In this document: positions 52,713-64,000 of the stretch, one piece after another | How positions within the stretch are numbered: the first letter of the stretch is position 1 | Layout of the letters: each line of letters opens with the position of its first letter | NCBI GenBank assembly: GCA_964276515.1 | Contig: OZ193909.1 | Location: 12,834,001-12,898,000 of the forward strand | Origin: Gordius albopunctatus | Taxonomy: Eukaryota | Reading direction: 5' to 3' | Length of the DNA stretch: 64,000 nucleotides | Translations under genes and position numbers: made by a program | Notes under the pieces: generated by a model | What the model saw: the letters and a program-made list of their open reading frames with translations, nothing else | What the model was told of the DNA's origin: nothing | The model's database searches: none

Positions 52713-55700
52713 TATGATGCTACAGGTAAATGGATATAGATAAAAGATGGGTTAAGAAGGTTTATCTGCACGAGGAAGAGTTAATAGACAAGTATATAAC
52801 CTGTGTAAATAATTGCTAAATAGCTAGTGTTAATTGCGTTGATATTAATTACAAAGATGGAAGATATATTGTAGCCTTAAGCTCTTATATCTGGGTTTGC
52901 AGTTTATCTGAAGGCAGCATTATAACAAGACTCAAAGGTAATAGGTGTCATATTTTTGCATTAATTAAAAAAAGGGCATAAGGGAAAAGTTACTTGTTTG
53001 TCATACACTAAAGATATGGTTTATTTTTACTCTGGAGCAATTGACGGTTATATAATTAAATGGTCAAATGTGTTAGAAATAGTTTTAAAATACCAGTAGA
53101 ATATATAATAAACAAATTATATTTGTTAAGATTTGATGCACCTGTTCAAATTTTGAAAATGAATCCTTTTTATGATATTGTATTAATTTGCGGAGAAAAT
53201 TATTATGGTAGTAAACATTCTATTTGATAAGTATAAATTTTAGCTCTGTGGAAGAATCACAAAACTAATGTTAAAAGGGAAAATTTAGCAAAAATTTTGT
53301 GTTGCTCTTGGAATCAACAAGGAAAGTTATATGCACTAGGGCTTCAATCAGGGATAATCAATATAATTGATCAGGTATAACAAAATATCTAATTTTGGAT
53401 TTTTTTTTGTAATTATATATAATAGAAGGGGGAAACAAGGTTTTCATTTAGTAGGATTGGATCTATGCCAAATGAAATTATATACCCTACAACTGCCATG
53501 TGCTGGATAAATGAGTATTATTAATATTTTATATAATTTATAATTTCTTAGTGAAATAATTGCCTTAGGAAATGCTGGATTTAAGCTTTCCTTTTACAAC
53601 GTTCATGGACATCAAGTATAAAAAATCTTTATATTTTATACCTAAATTTTTAAGGTTAACAAAGAAAGATCTTTAGATTTTGTGCCATACTTTATTGAAA
53701 CAATTATTTGTCACAAAAACAACTTTTCATCTTTCATTAATTACATTGTAATTGGTGGGAGTAATGGTCAATGGGAAGTTTACAACAATGAAGGCATTAA
53801 AATAACAAATTATGCCAAAAACTTTTTAGCACCTCAACCAAATAACAGGTATATTGTAGCAAAAGCTAAGGCCCTCATTTTTAAAATTGTTTTTTTTAAT
53901 ATTCACTACAAATAAACAAAAATGCTTTAATAGACATTTTAAAAATTAAAATTGTTAATAATTTTTTTGCATAGTTTAAAAAATATTAAAACAAATATTT
54001 TATTGGCGAATCTTGAATATTATATCATTAAATTCTAGCATATATGATTGTAAGTTTTCATTCCGAATCAAAAATATTCTATCTACTTGGTAGCCCATAG
54101 CCCTGTTTTAATAATAAGCCTCATGAGATTATGAATTCATAATTTTATGTTTTTTAGTGAAACTGCAGAGAGAAATGCTCAACAAAGATGGCCTGTCACC
54201 TGTTGTAAGCCCGTTCTCATAAATGATAGGCTAAAAATTGACGAAACAAGCTTAAACCCTATTCCCCAATTGGAACTCGATATCGTATTACATTTCCGTT
54301 TTTTAACATTACTTTTTACTTTTTTCTGTATTTTTAAGCTTTATTATTATAACTTACAGCCAATCAGGGTTTAAATTGGTCTATAGTCAAATTAAATGTA
54401 TGTCAAGCAGGCGCGTAGCCAGGATTTTCTCCTGGGGGAATCTCTAAAAAAATTTATAACATTTTTATTTCAACATCAAAATTATAAAATCTGGTATAAA
54501 AAATAAAGAAAGTCATTATAAATAATTAACTTGGTCAGTTACGTTGCACAACTATAAAATATAAACTTATCTAAAATATTCCCCCCCCCCCCGTATTTAC
54601 GCCACTGATGACAAGTGAATATTTAAGAGTAAAACATAATGGGACGAAAAAATATGTATTTGTAGAATGATCCATAAATAGATTGTTAATTTTTTTAGTA
54701 ATTGCTGTGAAATATATAGAATTTAAATTTCAAGGTTTTGACTTGGATATTCATACCAATATAGTGCATAGATTAAAATAAAAAAAAATTGAATTATACT
54801 TGGATGAATGAAGTCACTTTTAGAAATATAAAACAAAATAAAAATAAAATTTGATATAATGAGTCATCAAAAGCTCTAAATTTGTATAATAAAACTATGG
54901 GAATCCCAAGTTGTTGTCTGAGTATAAAAACAGGTGACATATCTAGATTTCTGAAAGCGTTTTCGATTTATTGAAAAATTGATGCCTTGTTTACCCAAGT
55001 TACCAGAGCACGAGACAACAACGGGGATAATAATATTAAATGCTAAAATCAAAATATTTATTTGTTTTGCACTCCTCTGCAATAGTAATAGATATGGTCG
55101 TGGTTTGATGGGGCAAAACGGTTAATGCTCTTAAATTTCCATTTGGGAATAGCCATTCTGCCATAGAAGACTAGTAGATGAATTTAAACGCGAAAAAAGC
55201 TAATCTTTGTGGGTCTAATTGATCAAATCGTAATTTTTAAGTGATTACCTGCATTTGGCTTTATTAGAAAAGAATTAATTATAATGATTTTTGGTTTATA
55301 CATGTTTTTAATGTGTCGTAAATTAGTTATTGGGATACGGTGACGGTGAACTTGCTTTATATCGTCTAAATTTTTGCATTGTGATCGATGCCTTTTTAAA
55401 TTCATACGCCTTGACAGAAAATTCAACCGATGTCATAGTGACCGAATCGACATCTGCCCGCAAAGGTTATAACCAATTGACACTGTTTTAATATAGTGAA
55501 ACTGAAGTTTTATTTATACTATTTATAACCTTGTAATTATATAATTATAGCCGTAATTTATCATTTGATAGCGATTATTTGATGGGCGATAGATTGAGTT
55601 TAAAGCTTGAAACAAGATTACACTATTTTTCTCATTTATTATATATGTATTGATAACAGACATTTTGGGCGGGTGCAGGCGTGTAGCCAAGGGGGCAGAA

Positions 55701-58700
55701 AGCGGGAATTTTCTTCCCCCTTGACCAAAATTTGGAAATTTTTTTGAAGGTCCATGTCCTTTTTTAAGGTATAAAATCGATAGTAAATGGTCTGATTAAT
55801 GAAGAGAAGAGATTTTTCCAAAGCTGGTCTGGTTATATCGCATATATTGTACGCGAAGTTTACTCTTGTTACATTATAAATAAAAGTGTCGAAATTTTTT
55901 TTGCATTTTTGTTCCCCCTTTAGAAAATCCTGGCTAAGCACCTGGGCGGGCGTTTTTATGTGGGTCTTTTCAAAATAAACAAAGCATCTTTGTAAATGAA
56001 TTAAATTCAAAACTCATCAATGTTAAACCGCAATTAAAGTAATAAAAATTTAACTATATAAGATATTTAATAATTTTTAAAATACTATCGGATGGTGTCT
56101 AAAAAAGTTGTGTTTTTTACTGTTTATACAGCTCGTATTAGGTGTCGAGACGTTGTGAAAGGAATATCTTTGTATCACGATACACTGGGAGTAAGTTCTA
56201 CACATGGGCGTACCCAGGTTTTGAATTAGGGGTGGGGGAGCAGCAAATTATTTGTAACAAAATTTTTTTGCTTGACCATTCAAAAATTTTCCTGCGACCA
56301 AAAAAAACCCTGGGTACGCCGATGGTTCTACACATAGCATTAAATTGGTCGTATCGCCTTTATGAATTTATTATTCAGACCATATTATATCCAATTTTGC
56401 CATGGATTATTTAGATCCTGACTCAGTCAAACAAAATTATTATCTACGAATCTTCAGGTAATAAAAAAGGTAGTGAAAGTTTTAAGGAGGGAGTAAATGG
56501 CCAGCCCGCTAGTTCAGCCACTCGAGAGGCCATTTTGCACTATAAAATTGTGAATAGACTAACTGTGGATGAGTTGGCACTCCTTAACAAAGATCTCAAT
56601 AAACCTAACACAATGCTCATCATAACCGAGACCAGGATTATACTAGGGCATTCTCGTGTCTACCTTGCTATCAATCATGAAAATTCAAATGACGCATCTC
56701 GCAAAATTGTAAATATTTACTTTTAATTATTATCTATTAGTTTTTTGTCAATTTAAGGAAAGGTGAGACTTTTAAAGATTGGGAAGTTTAATAAAATGCA
56801 GTGATTTTCTTTTAATTTTACTCTTTTTTAAATTTTAACTTGGGAAACGCTGTTGTGATCAGAGACAAAAAATGACCGGCCCGGTGTAGGGTGTCAGCAG
56901 CCAGCGTGGTAACTCCAAATATCCCTTATGATTGGGTAAAGGGATGATAAATGGCTTTTTCACACTCTCCCCCTCCAATGGGATTGGGTAGAGGCGTGAT
57001 TGATGAGATTTCTTGAAAGAATTTTAGCTCGTATTAACACCCAGCGTTCATCGTGTTACTACTGAGAAATTGTTCTTAAGTTGACAATAAATCATTCCTC
57101 CCTTATACTAAAATCTAACCACCCAAAAAGCACATTATCAATTTTTTGCATACTAAAATTGCATTTTTCTCTTTATAACTTATAATATTTGTCTGTTTTT
57201 TACAAATATTTATTTTTTTTATAGGGGGGGGGGGCTTACCCTAAGTTCCCAGCTTTATAAAAATTCATAAATATTGGCCTCTGTTATACTACACCGGCCC
57301 GCTGCCCAAACTTTCCCGGCCCGTCGCCGGGCAACTGTCGTAAATTTTGACTTCAGGGCGGGCACCATAACAAAATTCGGGCAAATCGGGCTCATAGTTT
57401 TTTTAAAAGAATATATTATATTGTTTTTGTGCATAATTTGTCACTTTTTAATTTGATTTTATAATGTTTGTTAATCCTAGTTATCCAAAAAATATCAAAA
57501 ATTAAAATAAGATTTTTCAAAAAATATATTATATTAGTGCTAAAAATTATAAATCACACCATTTCGGGCCGGGAAGTTCGGGTAGATTTTATAACTCGGG
57601 CATGGCCGGGCGGACACAGAAGGATTCTGGCGAGTTCGAGCGGGCAGATGAATAAAAAGATCGGGTCGGGTTCTGGCAGAGAAATTCTAATAAATCTGAC
57701 CTCTGGTTATGATTGAAAGTCTAAAAACACACCATTCCAATGTAAGGTCAAAATATTTAATAATTTGAAACAAGGGCCATACATTGCACTATCTTAAATT
57801 ACACCAAATATTAGTTGTAAAATATTTTTCACAAATTGCATCTAATATCATGAAGGGGAAAATTTAACTTGCAAAAAATATATGTTGAAGTTTTTATAGA
57901 TTGGTGTGATAAAATTAAATTTAATTGATTTGGTGATTATAATGGGATTTTTAAAACTTATACTAATATATAAATATATATTAAATATAAATGTGATTAT
58001 TCTTTATTTTACTTGTAAAATAAAGGACACTTGTTAGAAATTTCGGTCGATAAATCGTATTTACAATCATCTCTATAACAAGATAAAACTTAATTTTTTA
58101 TAATGGCGAGTGAAAAATTATAAGTCTGATGGACTAATTCGTACAATGTATTTGACAAAGTTTATAAAACATTATTATAATGGTCATTTAGAGCACAGTT
58201 ACCTGGCAAAATTACCGGGGTGATGTAGACACTTCGGCCACTAGAAAACCGAAATTAACACTCACCACTTCAATTACTTGTTGTATCCTACGTAGTGGAC
58301 CGCCTGACAGCGAAAGTATTTTGCTAGCTACATCCGATCTAAAAGTATGTTTTTACATTGGAAAACTATCATCTTTATATGTTGACCCATTTCCATGGTT
58401 GCATTTGAAGTTTGATTTTATAATTTAATATGTCCTTGCTTAATTTGGCATAATTGATAATTAAAATTTAATAGCTGATTATTTTATAGTTTGTCGATAC
58501 ATAAATCCCAGTTTTGTTAAATTAGTCGACTTTATGAAAACTTTTTCAGTCTTATAAAGTCTTAATATTATATTTAAAATATTATATAGGACTCAACCAA
58601 AAATATCTTATATTTACATCTACCTCTCCCGAATTAATTTGTAAATTTCTTCGGCTATTCCATCAGTAAATCAATATATAACAAATATTTTGACGCTTTT

Positions 58701-61700
58701 GCATATTTTCCGAACACCTAAATTTTTTGCACATCCGTTTGATACAATCTAAAATATGAAATACAATTAAAGAATATTAAGCGTTTGGTGTATAATTAGA
58801 TTTATGTCGAATTTTTTAGTTAGTGCAGAACTTGATACTTCCTTGCTAAAATATTATGATTAAAAGCGAATATATTTATAATTACCACATTGCAGGTATA
58901 CGCTTGCTCGTGCAATTCCTTAGAATCATTCCCTTTCGAAATTATGGATCTTTCAATTTCCAAATCTCAAGGCCTAATCAATAGTTTGTTTATAAACAGA
59001 CCTTTTGGCTCGAAAATAGCTTGTTTGGATACGAATGGAACTCTGTCCGTTTTCGAAAACACGCCCATCGAGGCAGACGATAAATTTTTGCATCAGGTTT
59101 TTTCTATATTAAATTTACATATTATTATTCGTCGTTCTTGAGAATTCCTAATAATGAATTTTATTTTACTTATTGATACGAAGTTGTTTTAAGTATTTTA
59201 ATTTAATGTTATTTGCAGGGCTATTTGGATGGTTATAGTCATGAGACATTTAAGTTGTTATTTGATAGACGAAAATTTCTCACCTCTCATTAAAATGTTA
59301 AATTTAAACTAGCTTACCTAGTTTTATAATTTTATATAAATTTATGTTTCAGGAAAACAACGTGAATAGTTTTTGTTGGTGCGAAGACGTATCCACCATG
59401 TTTTGTTACTTGCATTCTTCGGGGTACATTTTTGTGTACGACGGAGCATCTCGTCTTTATCAAGTGGAAAATTATGAAAGGGTGATTTAATTCTTTTAAA
59501 AGTGCCAATTAATCAAAGACCAAAACCTATCTAAGGCTCAAATGCTTTGCCGTACATTTGGCAGCCTCTATGTAATATTGTAGAAGTTTAACATGGTTAA
59601 ATTTTAAGAGTTTTTTATATAGTGTATGATATTCACAGAATGTGGTCAATTGTTTTACAACGATAGAGTTTTTACCTTGAAAATACATCTTTTCGCTTTT
59701 TTTGATTGTGTCTCTCCTTTAGTGTAGAAACTTTTATTTTATAATTGTATACTTATTTATGTTATAATTTTAAGGCTATTAGACTCATCCAATTTTCCGG
59801 CGAAACTATATACGTTATAGGTGAGGAGTCCATGGATGCCCTCGAGATTCGGGTTCCATTAAACGATGTAGTTAATCATTTCATATCGGAGACAAAATAT
59901 AAGTACTGGAATTATAACGTAATATATTATATATATTTGCAAATAGCTAAAATGAACAAAGGTCATCAACAAAATTAAATTGGTTATTAAAAACATTAAT
60001 CGATTCTGATAAAATTTTTGAATTTATTATTTTAATAAACCGGCTGAGCTACATAAAATAGTAACTCTTCCTTTGGGTTACCCTCCGCTCAGCCTACAAT
60101 TGGAAATTATATGGATTGATTTCTTATATGGAATAGGGAAGCTTTGAAATACCTCAATAGATGTTTATACTATCGATCCTTGACTGAAATCACATCTGCC
60201 AAAGAGGTGAATAAAGAAATCTACTTTAAGCTGGGTAAAGCTGCTCTTTCGGAATTGGATTTTTCAACAGCCAGAATCTGCCTCGTTCACGCCAAAAAAT
60301 ATCAATACCTTAATTTGTTAAACGATTTACAGGTTATTTAATGTTTCCAAGTCGAGTTCCGATAATGGCTGGGTTTGCCAGTATATCATGATGTCCTTCT
60401 TAATAAATATTTTGAATTGGGCGGTGTGGGTTAATTAAACAGCTGCACTTTACATATAAAATTATAATTGAATCGGAAAACATTAACAATTTGGGCCACA
60501 AATATTATTGCCTAACTCCGATTACTTTTTTATTTATACTTTTCCCATCAATTTTTGGGCTGTCTCACAAATTTTAACAGCGCTTTTTTGCGAAATCAAT
60601 AGAGCACCAATCCAAATTTTGATAGACCCTAATGATAAATGGAAATAGTTTAAATTATATTGACTACTTTATTTCATGATCAAAAATGTTTACTTTGTCG
60701 TTGATTTTATTTTATAAATGAATGTAAGGTTGACTCTGAGCAGTATTCTGATCCTAGTCAAGTAGTTAAAGGTTACCTAGCTGCGTTTGAAGGTGATTTT
60801 GCTGGAGCAACGCAGATCTGGAAAGAAGTTGGCCATTCTAAAATGGCTGCCGATATGTACTGCGCCCTGGGAATGTTTGAAAAAGCCAAAGTTCGTGCAA
60901 CGTTTTTAATAAAGATGATTTATTAATATATATCTCCTGCAACGGGTCTGTTTAGGTCAGCCGACCCCCCGGGCCCGGCTTGCTAATTTTATACAAAGCC
61001 CGGCCCGGGCCCTAAAAATTATTTATTTTAATCTTTTTTATTTAATTTTTTTAATGTGTTAAAAATGTCAATAAAAATATAGTAAAAAAAATATTTAATT
61101 CCCGGTCAGACGAGTTCTTCTATCTTTTAAGAGGCGACCTAGAGGAAAAAAATTTCTTTTGCTAGTGGCACTTCGGGATACATCAAACCATATGGGACAA
61201 ATAAACTTTTAAACCCCTTATTTAAGGTTATAATGCTTTTAATAAAGTTACTTGGTTCCTTTGCTTTTCCACCATTTTAAATTTTTAGGTTATCGATATA
61301 AAATGAAAAACCGTGTCATTTAACAAAGGTAACTTGAAGAAATAAATTTTAAAATTTGTTTTTAAATTTGTTAATGAGTATATATATAAATAATCTCACA
61401 TAAAATTAATTCGCTCAGTATTTCTAGGTGTTATTAATGGCGAGGCAAGGATGGGCAGCTGCCCCATCCCTTTCAAATCCAAAAATTCTTTATTTGAAAA
61501 ACATTTTTTGCCCTAACTAAACTGTCCCCCTATAACTCAAATTGGCTACGCCCATGGGATCACGTCTATAAATTTTATTCAACATTTATAATGCGGGTTG
61601 AGATATTGATGAATTAATGAACTAAGATGGAAATTGTTAATTTAATACACATAAAATAATTATGAATTATAATATTCTTTTATAATGAATTTAATTGATT

Positions 61701-64000
61701 TTGTAACGCGCTTTTAACGAGCCTTAAGTATATCTAGGACCGGCCCGTTGTTTTATTTTTAAGCAGAAGCCCGCGGGCCGGCTCGTGCAGCTCTATTATA
61801 TATCTGTTTGGAGTATTTTGATTTAAAAAGAGCGTTATATAAGGAATAGGCCCTTGTTTTCCTCTAGGCCAGAAGTCAAAAAAAATTTAATGAAATGATT
61901 GCACATTTAATTAGTACGTTTTTAACGTTTATTTATGTTTTTGAATTTAGAATTAATTTAGCAATTCATTTACTATTCATATTCCACATCGTATTAAATG
62001 TTAATTAATAAAGAAAATATTATTTTATCAACAAATACTTTTTTGCCCAATTTGTTGTCACGTTATCATCAATGCGAAACCTATTTTTTATTTTACACGT
62101 AATATTCTTGCAATCATTCTTATAGTGATGATCAAAACCTAGGTTTGGATCAGGCGACCTGAGGGTTTAGGTTCGGGTGTTCAAAAACCTGGTAAAAGGT
62201 TTTTGAACACCCGAACCTTAACCTGAGGTTGATCCCGAAAATCAACCTGAAAAACCTTCAGGTCAATTTTATCCCCAACCAGAAACCCAGGTTGACCTCA
62301 AGTTAACCTGATAAAAATCTCTTGTTTTATGCGATAAATTTAAGAATAAATTTTTTTTTTACTTTAACTATTTTCCTTTTTCAAGATGCGTCAAGCTTTT
62401 TAAATATTTACAATTTTAAATGAAGAAAAAATAGTTTTTGGTTATTATTATAAAAAAAATAAGATTTTTTTATATAAAAATTTAATTAATTGTTAAACAT
62501 GTATATTACTCGATAACGCCATCTATATGTTTATAAATTTTGATAAACATATCCCAAAGGTTTTTGAACACCCGAACCTAAAACCGACCTGAGGTTGGAC
62601 CTCGGGAAAACCTGACCTAGGTTTTGATCATCACTAATTCTTATGCTCATCCAAAGCTCTTAAGATCTAAAGCATTTAAGCGATTTTTGTTTTAAAATTT
62701 AGTAAGGTCGTTGAGGAAGATTTTAATCAAATAGGCAATGTGGTGTTAATCATTTTTTAACCATTCTTTTATAAATATTAAATGCTTGTTTTACCTCTCA
62801 ATCTAGCCTTTCCTAGCGTCCGTTGAGAAAGAGATAAAAACCTCACAAAATCGAGCTGATAATCTTACTAACGAGCCCTCTGGTCTTAGTTCTTTCGTTC
62901 AAACGGCTAAACTTATGGTGGCCAATGGTCGATACGAAATAGCTTTGGCTATACTCGTTCAACATAACTTATTCGGAGAGTAAGTGCTCTATATAGTTTA
63001 ATTTGTAATAATTCTCTTAGTTTTTTAATAAATGTTTGAATGGGAAGGTTATAAACAAATTAACATAGACTAACGCTAATAATTACGAAAGTAATTGAAT
63101 AGTATTTAGATGTGTTTGGAAGCCTTAAAAATACCTGTTTTTTTATACATATGAATCCTCCGAGGATATGGACATGTTTATATTCGTTTACACATTTGAG
63201 AAAATTTATCAAGTGGCCTATGAATTTAACAGTGTTATAAAAGTTACATTGCACGATACAGACTTATTGCATTGGCCAATCAACTTTTCGATCGAGCGGT
63301 AATGGCTGAGGTCGGGGAGTCAAGCCAACACTTAACAATACATTTTATAGCCTGCATGGAGGAGCTGGATAAAGGCATTCCTACACTAAACATGACTTCG
63401 AACCAGCCTAATCAAACCGATCTTGACGCTTTAATTTCTCTTTACGAAAAAGTAGCTTTTTCCAAAATAAACCAAAATACATTCTCGCATTCGCCCATTT
63501 ATAATTCCGTGGCACAGCGTTTGTACCAGTATTATTCGAATCTTGATCGCGATATTTCCCATGGTAATAGCGAAGAGATTTTGGGTAAACTTTCTAAGTT
63601 GGTTGAATTATATCCCGACTCCTTCTCCGCCCACCAACTCCATCTCAATTACGCTTTTGCCCATTTGCGCATGGAAAATTTGGGCCTAGCCGTCAAAGGT
63701 ATTGTGCGAACATTTGGTTTTAAGCCTTTAAAGCTTGAATTTCGCGGTATTTATGCCGTTTCATTCACTTAATATATTACATGGTTTATTATATAGGAAT
63801 TTTATTGAAAAATGTTATTTTAAATTTGATTTTTTATTTAGAATACGGTTTAGCTGGGGTAGAAAAAAGCATTAATCAAATTTTGGGCGATATGATAGCG
63901 TGTGATATTGAGGGAAATCAATACGACCAAGCTGGTTACCATCACTTTCAACTATGGTCGCATCTTAATAAAGATTCCCCAATCGGAGATTTAATTAGTA
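52713..64000 (+). CDS. IFT122: Intraflagellar transport protein 122 homolog (WD40 + TPR-like), multi-exon, running off the window
   Basis: Colinear exons RLKG/HKGKVTCLSYTKD..SGAIDG..IKW, KILCCSWNQQGKLYALG, KERSLDF, GGSNG, KIIIYE..HYKI, ENNVNSFCW, LGKAALSELDFSTA, AADMYCALGMFEKAK and YDQAGY, following the IFT122 domain order. The start is approximate. Confidence 0.85.
55676..55944. mobile_element. hAT-type MITE in an IFT122 intron
   Basis: caggcgtgtagcc..ggctaagcacctg with near-8-bp TSD ggcgggtg/ggcgggcg; a sibling lies at ~54408-54608. Confidence 0.65.
56203..56324. mobile_element. hAT-type MITE
   Basis: catgggcgtaccca..tgggtacgccgatg with TSD gttctaca. Confidence 0.8.
62123..62636. mobile_element. 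TIR MITE in an IFT122 intron
   Basis: tagtgatgatcaaaacctaggt / acctaggttttgatcatcacta with flanking duplication attctta. Confidence 0.85.

Overview
AT-rich eukaryotic, probably animal, genomic DNA with very short introns and dense, nested transposable elements. Three host genes are recognisable: the 5' half of an oxidosqualene cyclase/lanosterol synthase (minus strand, ~5.1-8.0 kb), an ABHD14-like hydrolase (minus, ~46-47 kb) and a divergent multi-exon IFT122 (plus, ~52.7 kb to the window end). The 9-45 kb region is a TE cluster: APE-RT LINEs with (ATAC)n tails, RTE, Penelope-like, Helitrons, P-like/THAP, Mutator-like and hAT MITEs. The most unusual object is at 1-4960, inside an LSS intron. 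Two diverged copies of a ~3 kb single-ORF retroelement (N-terminal domain + RT + RNase H, ~855-870 aa) are joined tail-to-tail at a perfect 44-bp inverted repeat. The RT/RNase H motifs look more hepadnavirus-like than canonical DIRS-like. No integrase, tyrosine recombinase, protease or endonuclease is visible, and the element has short TATA-containing direct repeats. All family assignments come from motif recognition by eye, not from database searches.
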